This document shows positions 10,041 to 19,751 of a DNA stretch of 64,000 bases, one piece after another (the first letter of the stretch is position 1; the number at the start of each line of letters is the position of its first letter). The notes under the pieces are model-generated. The model did no database searches, was not told the DNA's origin, and worked only from the letters and a program-made list of their open reading frames with translations. Origin of the DNA: an uncultured Gammaproteobacteria bacterium (GTDB lineage: Bacteria; Pseudomonadota; Gammaproteobacteria; Magnimaribacterales; TMED112). Location: the NCBI GenBank assembly GCA_964575305.1, contig CAZNPG010000004.1, positions 5,647-69,646 on the forward strand, given 5' to 3'. The translations under genes were made by a program, and so were the position numbers.

Positions 10041-12464
10041 ATGAAACGTTTTGTAATAATATTTTTACTATCAATACCGTTATTTAGCGATGAATTGAAT
10101 TGGGAAAGAGTAAATTCTTGCCCAGTTGGAAATATGGCTTTTGTTGAAGAGGTCTTGTCTGAAATGACCTTGGAAGAAAAAGTTGGCCAAACAATTATGG
10201 CTGATTTAGATTTTATTAAACCTAGCGATCTTAAAAGATATCCAATAGGCGGGATTCTTAATGGAGGTAATACCTCACCAAATGGCAATCAAAGAGCTAG
10301 TACAAATGAGTGGAAACGTCTCGCACAGGATTTTTATGATGAATCAACGAATTCAGGAGCAGATATTCCGATTCTTTGGGGCACAGATGCAGTGCATGGT
10401 CACAGCAATGTTTTTGGTGCCACAATTTTCCCTCATAATATTGGTCTTGGTGCTTCAGCTAATGAAAAGCTTTTAGAGGATATTGGCGCAGCTGTGGCAG
10501 AAGAAGTCCTAGCTACTGGTCTTTATTGGACTTTTGCCCCAACCGTTACAGTTCCACAAGATTATAGATGGGGAAGAACTTATGAAGGTTATTCTGAAAG
10601 CCCAGAATTAGTTTCAAAATTAGGTGAAGCATTCATATATGGTTTACAAGGAAGAGGAGATCAATTCCTAGCACCAAATAAAATTATTGGTACTGCAAAA
10701 CACTTTTTGGGCGATGGGGGCACTTACTTAGGTGTTGATCAAGGAGATACAAAGGTAAGTGAAAATATTTTAAAGGATATACATGGAACACCTTATTACA
10801 GTGCTCTTGATGCATGTATACAAACTGTGATGGCAAGTTTTAATTCATGGAATGGTTCAAAGGTACATGGAAATGAATACCTTCTTACTGAGGTTCTAAA
10901 GAACCAAATGGGTTTTGATGGTTTTGTTGTTGGGGACTGGAATGGTCATGGTCAAATACCAGGATGCTCTAATGGTAGTTGCCCAGAATCACTTATTGCA
11001 GGTGTTGATATGTACATGGTTCCTGAAAATTGGAAGGATCTATATCGTAATACTTTAAGACAAGCAGAGAATGGTGATATTCCAATTGAACGGTTAGATG
11101 ATGCAGTGAGGAGAATCTTAATTGTAAAAGAAAGGCTTGGTCTATTTGAGGGAAAGAAACCATCAAATTCTCCTTTTTCTGAAGTAGGTTTACAACATAA
11201 TAGAGATATTTCACGCCAAGCAGTGAGAGAATCTTTAGTGCTATTAAAAAATAATGAAAATGTGTTACCAATCAAACAAGGAAAAAAGGTCTTAGTTATT
11301 GGTCCTGATGCTGATTCTTTGAGAACTCAAACAGGCGGATGGACACTAGATTGGCAAGGCACCAATAACCAGAATAAAGACTTTCCTAATTCGGTTACTT
11401 TTTTAGATGCTCTTAAAGAAGAAGTCGGAGCTGAAAATGTTACCCATGTACAGTTTTTAAATAGTGTAAATGCTGAGGATTATGATGTTGCAATTGTTGC
11501 ATACGGAGAACAACCATATGCTGAAGGCGTGGGCGATAGAAGTAATTTAAATTTTTCATCTAAAAGACACATAGCATTTTTAGAGCTGCTTGCAGAAAAT
11601 AAGATACCTACTGTTTCTTTGTTTTTTACTGGTAGACCATTATGGGTAACAAAAGAAATTAACTTATCTGACGCTTTTGTAGTTGCCTGGTTACCAGGTA
11701 CTGAATCAAGAGGCATGACAGATGTTTTGGTTAATGGTGATAAGACAAATTATGACTTTACTGGTAAATTACCCTTCAGTTGGCCTAAAAACACCTATCA
11801 AGCAAACTTGAATTACTATGATGCAACAAGTGACCCATTATTTGCATATGGCTACGGCCTTACTTATGAGGATAATGTTTCAGTTCCTAATCTTGATGAG
11901 GGAGAAATCAATGCTAACGAACAACTCCCTAAAATTGAGTTATTAAAAGGTACAATTAGTGAGAATTTCATAGGTTACATTCAAGAAAGCAACCTTCAAC
12001 AAGTACAGATTTCAAGTAATAAAGTTTCTTCACAAAATAATATTGTTAAAGTCGACTTAATTGATGTTAATAAACAGGACGATACCTTAAAACTGAAAAT
12101 TACTGAGTCAGATCACCTCAATAGCTTTTTACTTCTATCGAAAGAAATTCTTAATTTAAGATCATTTGATGATGGATATATAAACTTGAGAGCAAGGGTA
12201 AATGAAACAAATCAGGATATTAAATATTTAATTTCATGTGGAATAGGGTGCACTCCAGTATTAGATCTTTCAGAATTTTTGACAAAGTCTGATACTTTTA
12301 TTGACTATAGTTTACCTATAAAGTGTTTTTCTAATAACAGTAGTCTTGACTTATCAAAGGTAAATTTACCCCTATACATTGCTACAAAAGGACCACTAGA
12401 TTTAGATTTAATGAATGTAGAGATAGGAAGAGAGAAGGGCGAAAAGGTCCTTGAGTGTTACTAA
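10041..12464 (+). CDS. Periplasmic GH3 exo-beta-glucosidase with extra C-terminal domain (ExoP-like)
   Basis: Signal peptide; WGTDAVHGH, RWGRTYEGYSE, KHFLGDG, VGDWNG (nucleophile), GEQPYAEG, WLPGTE. Confidence 0.9.
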   Translation: MKRFVIIFLLSIPLFSDELNWERVNSCPVGNMAFVEEVLSEMTLEEKVGQTIMADLDFIKPSDLKRYPIGGILNGGNTSPNGNQRASTNEWKRLAQDFYDESTNSGADIPILWGTDAVHGHSNVFGATIFPHNIGLGASANEKLLEDIGAAVAEEVLATGLYWTFAPTVTVPQDYRWGRTYEGYSESPELVSKLGEAFIYGLQGRGDQFLAPNKIIGTAKHFLGDGGTYLGVDQGDTKVSENILKDIHGTPYYSALDACIQTVMASFNSWNGSKVHGNEYLLTEVLKNQMGFDGFVVGDWNGHGQIPGCSNGSCPESLIAGVDMYMVPENWKDLYRNTLRQAENGDIPIERLDDAVRRILIVKERLGLFEGKKPSNSPFSEVGLQHNRDISRQAVRESLVLLKNNENVLPIKQGKKVLVIGPDADSLRTQTGGWTLDWQGTNNQNKDFPNSVTFLDALKEEVGAENVTHVQFLNSVNAEDYDVAIVAYGEQPYAEGVGDRSNLNFSSKRHIAFLELLAENKIPTVSLFFTGRPLWVTKEINLSDAFVVAWLPGTESRGMTDVLVNGDKTNYDFTGKLPFSWPKNTYQANLNYYDATSDPLFAYGYGLTYEDNVSVPNLDEGEINANEQLPKIELLKGTISENFIGYIQESNLQQVQISSNKVSSQNNIVKVDLIDVNKQDDTLKLKITESDHLNSFLLLSKEILNLRSFDDGYINLRARVNETNQDIKYLISCGIGCTPVLDLSEFLTKSDTFIDYSLPIKCFSNNSSLDLSKVNLPLYIATKGPLDLDLMNVEIGREKGEKVLECY

Positions 12465-12931
12465 GACTCAAGCTCATTTGCTGAGATAAGAATTCCATTT
12501 TGGTCAACATATGCCCAGTATTCTGGTTGTATGTTGACTTCATCAACCACGAAGGATGCATTAATCTCCCCTTTACCATTTTTATTGCTTTTCTTTGGAC
12601 AAGCTCCAAGAGCATAAATGCCTAAGTTCATATTTTTTAATATTTGAATATCTCTAACACAGCCATTGACTATAATTCCTCCCCAATTGTTTTTAATAGC
12701 TAATTCAGCAAGATTGTCTCCTAATAAAGCAACATTCTTTGATTTGCTACCATTAATGAATAAAACAGATTGTTCTCCATCTCTAGATAAGATCTCTCTT
12801 ACTAAAGAATTGTCATCTGGACATTCAACTGTAACTATTTTGCCTGCAAATTCTGTAACATTTGTGTAGGGCGTGAATCCTAAGATGAAAGGAAGATGTG
12901 GGTATTTATCTGATAGATCAGGTGTAGTCAT
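12461..12931 (-). CDS. rraA: RraA family protein (RNase E regulator / HMG aldolase-like)
   Basis: TPDLSD, DNSLVRE, ALLGDNLA, WGGIIVNGCVRD. Confidence 0.85.
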   Translation of the reverse strand: MTTPDLSDKYPHLPFILGFTPYTNVTEFAGKIVTVECPDDNSLVREILSRDGEQSVLFINGSKSKNVALLGDNLAELAIKNNWGGIIVNGCVRDIQILKNMNLGIYALGACPKKSNKNGKGEINASFVVDEVNIQPEYWAYVDQNGILISANELES

Positions 12932-12956
12932 AAAAAAAGGGAGGCGAACCTCCCTT
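12932..12956 (-). terminator. Intrinsic terminator of the TBDR gene at 12983-15709
   Basis: Minus strand AAGGGAGG-TTCG-CCTCCCTT followed by a U-tract. Confidence 0.9.
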
Positions 12957-12982
12957 ATATATTAAACAAAAATACTAACTAC

Positions 12983-15709
12983 TTACCAGTAGTATCCAAA
13001 TCTAATCAACTTTTGAGATGGAGCGGAATAAGCTCCTCTAGGTATGCCTGCTTCAACTCCTATAGACCATGGCACAACTTCACTTTTTGCATTGTAAGAT
13101 GCAAACTGAATATACCAGTTGTCTTTAGAATCCAACGTTAAGAAATAATCAAACATCTCCCAAGCTGGACGTAGATCAGTATAGTTCTCAAGTGGTAAAC
13201 AGAAATAACCAGGACCATCACAACCACCTTCATCATCAACGTGTTTGTCCATATTCCATGGAGTTACATAAGAATCAGTTTCCCAGTGGTAATTAACACC
13301 AGGTTTTAATTCCATACCATTTTGTAGTCTATAGGTGTGCTCAAATCGCACTGTTAAGGCTACATCTGGAGTGTAGGGTGCTTCATTGCCTTTTAAGTTT
13401 ACAAAGTTATTAGGATTTGTTGGATCAATTGAAGCTCCATAATCTCTTCCAAATAAAGCATCCTGACCATATCTCCACATTGTATTGAAATCATCTGTAA
13501 ATTCTGTGTGGTAACTAGTTACGAAGCCTGATAGTTTACCTCCATCATAAGGTAACCATGTGTATTCAAACTCAACTCCCCAATGAGTTTGTTCACCAAA
13601 GTTCTCGGTTGTCCAAAGAGTTACACCTTGATCGTAATATGTGAATTGGCCAAATGTTGGTGAATTTGGGTCAGAATCGTACCCATATACTTCAACCACA
13701 TCAACTGGCAAGTTACCTGTAAATTGTTTGCCATCGTAAATTGTATAAAAAACATTAAAGGAATAATTTAACGTATTGTCTTCATTTTTTGCTTTAACAC
13801 CCCACTCACCTGTAGTTACATATTCTGGGTCATAATTAAGGTCTACTCTTTGACCTTCAGAGTACAACAATGAGTTACTTGGTGCCACATACACATCAGC
13901 CAAGCTTCCTGATTTATAGGCGTTAGCTAAGTAAGCGTACATAAATGAGGTATCACTCATGTCCCAATCAAGACCTAAACGCCAAGAGAAATTATCCCAA
14001 GATTGTGAAGTATCATTATTTGTAACAACAACACCACAACCAATCATTGGTGCTACACAATCGACACCGTCAACCATTTTACCCATTTGAATCCAATAAT
14101 CTGGAGCTAATTGATTGATTGCGTCAAATGGATTGCCACCAGTACCATAAATTTCAGGATAACAACCATTACCACTATTACAGTTAATATTTCTGCCACC
14201 TACATCTGATTTTTCATCGTAAGAGAATCTTCCTCCAAAGGTAAAAAATAGATCATCTCTTAATGCATATGTTGCCTGACCATAAACTGCATAATGGTTT
14301 AGTTCTCTATTGGGTTGCCAAAAATAATCATGCCCATTTAATTCGGCTGTGAAATTTGCAAGCATATCGTTGTCTTCAGTGCTCGTAAAAACTCCACCAA
14401 CCCAAGCCCATTTATCGTCAGCTCCAGTTAGATAAGCATCCAAAACATTTGATTCAGTAAGAAGTCTATTTATATTGAAAGCCATGCCATATTGATAATT
14501 CACACCTGAATCAATTTCAAATTGGCTTGATTGTTCTAACTCTTGATAACCATAGTTAACAGTTAAGTTAGTTGTTTCATTTAGTTGACGTTTATATATT
14601 GCTCTAAATGAATCCATATTCATCTTATTAAAGCCAGGAGTGTTTGCATAAGCTTGGAATCTATTTTCAGAACCAAGGATATCCGTACATGTATTAGCTG
14701 GTCCATCTTTAGCCATTGCACCTTGTCTTGTTTTCATCAATTCGCAGCTGAGCACATTAGTCCAACCCTTTCCGTTATCTTCATAATTTTCATATTGAAG
14801 ATTGATGTCAGCATTATCATCAATGACATAAGTTGCGCTTACTCTCCATGCACTATCTTGAATAGCTGTATAGAAGTCTGCTGGGTCAGCTTTAACTTTT
14901 GTGAAAGGATCTGCAAATGTTCCTTGACCACAACCATTACCAGGTTGAGTTGAGCAGCCTAGGTACCAAGCATAATCAGATAAATAACTTCTTTGATCTG
15001 GACTAGTAATTGCTTGAAATTGATCTGTGATATTAGAAGGTAATCTTCTCCAATCAAGCTGCGAACCATCCCAATAACCATCTAAAAATGAATCTTTAGA
15101 TTGTTCCATATAAGCAAATCTTAATGCCAATTTTTCATTAATTGGAAGGTTATAGTGTGCTCTTAATCCAGCTTGATTTAATTGCCCACCTTCTAAATTT
15201 AATGAACCACCTTGAATATCAAAATTTGGTTTAGCAGTAACTATATTTAAAGTTCCAACAACTGAGTTTCTACCATATAAAGTACCTTGAGGACCTCTTG
15301 TAAGCTCTGTTCTTTCTAAATCAAACATCAGTGCATTGGCTGCTTGCGGTCTTGCTACATAAACACCATCAACATGTATACCAACTGCAGGATCACCTAA
15401 TTCAGTGACATTCTCGGTTCTAATGCCTCTTAAAGTTATGATTGGTGCATTGGTATCAGTATTCTGAACATAGAGACCTGGAATCATATTATTTAGATCT
15501 TTTATGTTGTTTAGACCCAATTCAATCAATTGAGTGCCTGTCAAAGCTGTAACAGCTTGAGCAGTATCAAGTATATCTTTTTCAGTTTTTGTAGCAGTTG
15601 TTACAACTACCTCTAATCCTTCATCTTCTTCATCATTTTCTTGAGCAAAAGTTGGAAGCATTAAGGTTAGCAACATTAAAGTTTTTAGAAGTGTATTTAG
15701 AAAGTCCAT
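12983..15709 (-). CDS. TonB-dependent receptor (probable glucan oligosaccharide uptake)
   Basis: Signal peptide, EVVVTT TonB box, ITLRGI, LTRGPQGTLYGRN, aromatic C-terminus; sits between GH3 and GH16 genes. Confidence 0.93.
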   Translation of the reverse strand: MDFLNTLLKTLMLLTLMLPTFAQENDEEDEGLEVVVTTATKTEKDILDTAQAVTALTGTQLIELGLNNIKDLNNMIPGLYVQNTDTNAPIITLRGIRTENVTELGDPAVGIHVDGVYVARPQAANALMFDLERTELTRGPQGTLYGRNSVVGTLNIVTAKPNFDIQGGSLNLEGGQLNQAGLRAHYNLPINEKLALRFAYMEQSKDSFLDGYWDGSQLDWRRLPSNITDQFQAITSPDQRSYLSDYAWYLGCSTQPGNGCGQGTFADPFTKVKADPADFYTAIQDSAWRVSATYVIDDNADINLQYENYEDNGKGWTNVLSCELMKTRQGAMAKDGPANTCTDILGSENRFQAYANTPGFNKMNMDSFRAIYKRQLNETTNLTVNYGYQELEQSSQFEIDSGVNYQYGMAFNINRLLTESNVLDAYLTGADDKWAWVGGVFTSTEDNDMLANFTAELNGHDYFWQPNRELNHYAVYGQATYALRDDLFFTFGGRFSYDEKSDVGGRNINCNSGNGCYPEIYGTGGNPFDAINQLAPDYWIQMGKMVDGVDCVAPMIGCGVVVTNNDTSQSWDNFSWRLGLDWDMSDTSFMYAYLANAYKSGSLADVYVAPSNSLLYSEGQRVDLNYDPEYVTTGEWGVKAKNEDNTLNYSFNVFYTIYDGKQFTGNLPVDVVEVYGYDSDPNSPTFGQFTYYDQGVTLWTTENFGEQTHWGVEFEYTWLPYDGGKLSGFVTSYHTEFTDDFNTMWRYGQDALFGRDYGASIDPTNPNNFVNLKGNEAPYTPDVALTVRFEHTYRLQNGMELKPGVNYHWETDSYVTPWNMDKHVDDEGGCDGPGYFCLPLENYTDLRPAWEMFDYFLTLDSKDNWYIQFASYNAKSEVVPWSIGVEAGIPRGAYSAPSQKLIRFGYYW

Positions 15710-15838
15710 TATTCCCCTTAGAGTTGATTAAAACTGCTTAAAAAATAAACTTATTGGTAATGTATGTCAACATTTTACATATGTTTGGCTATTGATATAA
15801 TCAGGTCTTAATTCAAATCAAAAATAGCTTATTAATTC

Positions 15839-17491
15839 ATGTCTAAAATTAAACTTAAAATAGTAAATATTTTTATTTTAATATTAGTAACAGCATGTTC
15901 AGGCGGTTCATCTGGGACTAATGAGGGTATTTATCCAATACCTACACCGGCTCCTACACCAGCTCCTACCCCAGAACCAACACCGGAACCAACTCCAGAG
16001 CCAACACCGGAACCAACTCCAGAACCGACACCGGAGCCAACACCAGCTCCAAATACTTTGTATGTCGATGATTTTGAAGATTATCCAGCTGATGTTGAAA
16101 ACATTAGTCCATGGAAGGCTTATGTAAATAGATTTCAAACAGATTGCACTAGTTATATAGATGGTTACCAAGTAAGTCCTGCTCCAAATGGCGAAAATAT
16201 TAGTAGCATTTCATCGGGAGAAGCTGGCGTAAATGGTGGCGATCAGTATTTAAATATTTTTAGCAATTATGGTGATGATCATAACTCAGTATGTCTGGAA
16301 ACAAGTGTGTACAGAGAGTTCATAATAAATGATTCCTTTGAAGGGGATTTTTCATTTTCATTTGATGCTAAAAGGCCAGCTGCTGAAGGTTCCGCAGTTG
16401 AAGAACCATCTAGTGCTAGAGCATTTATAAAAAAACTTGATCCAAATTCTGGGTTTTCAACAGTTGAATACGAATGGCAAGATATGACAGATATTTCAAA
16501 ACAAACATGGTCCAGAGGGGAGATAACCACAACTGTTGATGCTGATGCTGAACAAGGATATTACCTTCAATTTGGCTATAACAATATAGCAACTGCTTAT
16601 AACCCCAGTGGAGTTCTATACGATAATGTTGTCATAGAAGGTGGTTTAGCGCCTGAACCAACACCAGCTCCATCTGTTGATTTCTGCCCAAATATTACCC
16701 CAAATGAGTACGATGAATTTAATTTAGTTTGGCAGGACGATTTCACCGGTAATGTTTTAGACACTAATGTATGGTCATATATGTATGGCGATGGCTCACA
16801 GTATGGGATCCCAGGTTGGGGCAACAGCGAATGGCAACTTTATACTGACTCATCTGAAAATGTTTATGTAAAAAATGGCTGTTTATATATAGTGCCAAAA
16901 TACAATGAATCAGATGATCAGTATTACAGTGCCAGATTAAGATCAAAAGGTGGCCAAACGTTTCTATTTGGCAGGATAGATGTTGGTTTTTCTGCACCGT
17001 CGATGAATGGAGTATGGCCAGCAATTTGGATGATGCCAGAATACGATAGATATGGGGGTTGGCCAAAAAGTGGAGAGATCGACATTATGGAAGGAAAAGA
17101 TCAATTGATTGATCAAATAAACACGACAGCTCATTATGGCCATGATTACCATAGGTACTATTCCAGATGGACATCTCTATCATCTCAAGATTTTACCAGT
17201 GACCCAGCCAATCATAATGTCATAAGCCTTATATGGGATGAGCAAGGATTTCAATGGGTTTATAATGATGTAGTTTTATTTACGTTGGACTATACAACAT
17301 TAGAAAATCTCGAACCAAACCCATTCTTAGAAAGATTTCATATGATTCTTAATTCTGCTGTTGGTGGACATTATCCAACATACACACCAAATGCAGATCA
17401 GTATTGCAAAATTAATGACACTGCTGATTGTTATGACTCACAAAAACTTATTATTGATTATGTTGCTTACTATCAAAAAAGCTCTGAGTAG
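15839..17491 (+). CDS. GH16 endo-beta-1,3-glucanase (laminarinase-like) lipoprotein with Pro/Thr linker and CBM-like middle domain
   Basis: Lipobox VTAC; WPAIWMMP; catalytic GEIDIME; FHMILNSAVGG. Confidence 0.9.
   Translation: MSKIKLKIVNIFILILVTACSGGSSGTNEGIYPIPTPAPTPAPTPEPTPEPTPEPTPEPTPEPTPEPTPAPNTLYVDDFEDYPADVENISPWKAYVNRFQTDCTSYIDGYQVSPAPNGENISSISSGEAGVNGGDQYLNIFSNYGDDHNSVCLETSVYREFIINDSFEGDFSFSFDAKRPAAEGSAVEEPSSARAFIKKLDPNSGFSTVEYEWQDMTDISKQTWSRGEITTTVDADAEQGYYLQFGYNNIATAYNPSGVLYDNVVIEGGLAPEPTPAPSVDFCPNITPNEYDEFNLVWQDDFTGNVLDTNVWSYMYGDGSQYGIPGWGNSEWQLYTDSSENVYVKNGCLYIVPKYNESDDQYYSARLRSKGGQTFLFGRIDVGFSAPSMNGVWPAIWMMPEYDRYGGWPKSGEIDIMEGKDQLIDQINTTAHYGHDYHRYYSRWTSLSSQDFTSDPANHNVISLIWDEQGFQWVYNDVVLFTLDYTTLENLEPNPFLERFHMILNSAVGGHYPTYTPNADQYCKINDTADCYDSQKLIIDYVAYYQKSSE
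15941..16051 (+). repeat. Nine tandem 12-nt units encoding a PTPA/PTPE linker
   Basis: CCT ACA CCG GCT / CCA ACA CCG GAA etc.; synonymous variation between units. Confidence 0.95.
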
Positions 17492-18419
17492 CCTTCTTCT
17501 TTTTTTCACGCTTTCAACATTTGCTGAAATAAATAATGTTTCAATTGTTATCCATGGTGGTGCAGGTTGGTTCACAGGCATGGCTCAAGATGATATCGAT
17601 GGCATTAAAAAGGCTTTAGAAGAGTCAGCTAATAAAGGTTATGAGATTATGCTTAAGGGCGGCACAAGTATAGATGCTGTTGAGGAGGCCATAGTTATAT
17701 TGGAGGATAATCCACTCTTCAATGCTGGAAAGGGAGCAGTTTATACATCAGAATTTAAACAGGAATTAGATGCTTCCATTATGAATGGTTCTGATTTAAA
17801 TGCTGGAGCAGCTGCTTCTGTGACAAACGTTAAAAATCCTATAAGGCTAGCAAGACACATAATGGAAAATACAAAACATGTTATGTTTTCCAGTAAAGGG
17901 GCTGAAAGAGTTGCTAAGGAGGCTGGCTTGGAGATTGTCTACCCAAGCTATTTTTATTCAAAAGAAAAGCTTGAAAGAGCAAGAAATCAACAAAAGAAAA
18001 GCAAAATGGGCACAGTAGGTGTTGTTGCTTTAGATGCGTACGGCAACATAGCTGCAGGCACGTCAACTGGTGGAATGACAAACAAGAAACCAGGCAGGAT
18101 TGGAGATTCACCAATTATCGGTGCAGGAACATGGGCAGAAAATAATGTATGCGGTGTGTCAGGTACTGGTCATGGTGAGTACTTCATAAGGCTTGGTGTT
18201 GCAAAAGAAATTTGCGCATTAGTGAAATATCAAAACTTAGGTATTGAGCAGGCCGCTCAGGCAGTAATTGATAAGTTAGGAGATATGGGAGCAGATGGGG
18301 GCGTCATAGCATTAGACTCAAATGGCAATCCTGCAATGATATTCAACACTCCTGCAATGGCCAGGGCTTATAAAAATTCAGATGACAGCACTTACGTAGA
18401 GATATACACAGATAAGTGA
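17460..18419 (+). CDS. iaaA: Isoaspartyl peptidase/L-asparaginase (Ntn hydrolase) with signal peptide
   Basis: IHGGAG, PLFNAGKG, GTVG nucleophile, GTSTGG, GRIGDSP; start moved to ATG 17460 (MLLTIKKALSSLLLFFTLSTFA). Confidence 0.88.
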   Translation: MLLTIKKALSSLLLFFTLSTFAEINNVSIVIHGGAGWFTGMAQDDIDGIKKALEESANKGYEIMLKGGTSIDAVEEAIVILEDNPLFNAGKGAVYTSEFKQELDASIMNGSDLNAGAAASVTNVKNPIRLARHIMENTKHVMFSSKGAERVAKEAGLEIVYPSYFYSKEKLERARNQQKKSKMGTVGVVALDAYGNIAAGTSTGGMTNKKPGRIGDSPIIGAGTWAENNVCGVSGTGHGEYFIRLGVAKEICALVKYQNLGIEQAAQAVIDKLGDMGADGGVIALDSNGNPAMIFNTPAMARAYKNSDDSTYVEIYTDK

Positions 18420-18655
18420 AGACATTTTTTGAAAACCAGCTACTCAATCTTGATTTGCATGGTGTAAGACATGGTGATGTGGAAGTAGTTGTTGAAGATT
18501 TTGTTTTAACCAACCAAGAACAACTTCCATTAATTGTTATCTGTGGCAATTCTTCAAAAATGATCGATATCGTTTCAAAGACATTAAAAAAAATGGAAAT
18601 TAATTTTGAGGAAACTAGATACGGTAGAATAAGGATTAATTCTTTAGATGCGTAA
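18416..18655 (+). CDS. Stand-alone minimal Smr-domain protein
   Basis: LDLHG motif then VICGNS; ATGA overlaps with both neighbours. Confidence 0.65.
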   Translation: MKTFFENQLLNLDLHGVRHGDVEVVVEDFVLTNQEQLPLIVICGNSSKMIDIVSKTLKKMEINFEETRYGRIRINSLDA

Positions 18656-19751
18656 ATTAAAAGTAATACAAATTCTTCCAACACTCAACACTGGTGGAGT
18701 AGAGAGAGGTGTTTTAGATTTTAATAACTACCTAGTAAAGAAAGGACATGAATCATATGTGATATCAAATGGCGGCAGACAGGTAAAAAATTTAATTGAA
18801 GATGGTGGCAATCATATCCATCTTCAGATCTCAAACAAAAGTATCTTTACGTTATTTCAGGCAAAAAAATTAGCTGATGTAATTAATGAAATATCGCCAG
18901 ACATAGTTCATATTCGTTCTAGAGTACCAGCTTGGGTTCTCCAGTTATCAAAAATATTTATAAAAAACCCAAGGCCAATTATTTTTTCCACATTTCATGG
19001 TTTATATAGCACACCTTTCTATAGTCGAATAATGGCAAGCTTTGATAGAGTGATTGCTATTTCTAAAACAGTGGAAAACTATATTAATGAAAACTATGAA
19101 AGATATTTAAAAAAACCTCCTAGATTGATTTATAGAGGGTCTGATGAAGAATATTTTTCAAATAGTTTTGTTCCATCTGAAAGTTATAAGGATAATTTCT
19201 TTCAACAATTTACAAACTTAAAGAATAAGAAAATTATTACTTTTCCAGGAAGATTATCATCATGGAAAGGCCAGGAATCATTTATCAAACTAATGTCTGA
19301 TCTACCCGAGGATTATTCAGGCTTAATAGTTGGACCATATGCATCTGCTAAACCTAAATATTTAAATAGCTTAAAGAAGCTTATTGAAGACTATAGATTA
19401 CAAAATAGAGTTTACTTTTATAATGCCAAAGACGACATTAGAGAGATTTACTACTTATCAGAAGTGGTTTTGAATTTGTCATCAAAACCTGAGCCATTTG
19501 GTAGAACAATTTTAGAGGCAGCCATGATGGGAAAGAAGATTGCTGGTTGGGATAGAGGGGGCCCAGGAGAAGTTCTGGAAATGTGCTTTCCTCAAGGAAA
19601 AGTTGAATTTAATAAATTCAATTCATTAGTTGAAACAGTAAAAAATTTATCTGAAAAAGAAGATGTTCCAAGCAATATTTTTTTAACATCTGATTTGATG
19701 CATTCAAAGACTATCGATTTTTATTTGGATGCTATAGATAAAAATTCTTGA
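18648..19751 (+). CDS. GT4 glycosyltransferase
   Basis: GGVERG, PGRLSSWKGQ, EPFGRTILEA. Confidence 0.88.
   Translation: MRKLKVIQILPTLNTGGVERGVLDFNNYLVKKGHESYVISNGGRQVKNLIEDGGNHIHLQISNKSIFTLFQAKKLADVINEISPDIVHIRSRVPAWVLQLSKIFIKNPRPIIFSTFHGLYSTPFYSRIMASFDRVIAISKTVENYINENYERYLKKPPRLIYRGSDEEYFSNSFVPSESYKDNFFQQFTNLKNKKIITFPGRLSSWKGQESFIKLMSDLPEDYSGLIVGPYASAKPKYLNSLKKLIEDYRLQNRVYFYNAKDDIREIYYLSEVVLNLSSKPEPFGRTILEAAMMGKKIAGWDRGGPGEVLEMCFPQGKVEFNKFNSLVETVKNLSEKEDVPSNIFLTSDLMHSKTIDFYLDAIDKNS

Noticed and set aside
15759-15790. Short inverted repeats (AATGT..ACATT) between TBDR and GH16 as an operator
   Set aside because: Five-bp arms are expected by chance, and no matching site was found at the glk/GH13 promoter
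15941-16051. Tandem repeat as a CRISPR or phase-variation tract
   Set aside because: No spacers; in-frame 12-nt units with synonymous divergence form a protein linker
15908-16171. WSWCWLRCRFW and HRNQLQ repeat ORFs
   Set aside because: Alternative-frame readings of the PTPE linker repeat
17361-17459. Long N-terminal extension of iaaA
   Set aside because: Deep overlap with the GH16 catalytic C-terminus; ATG 17460 gives a plausible signal peptide
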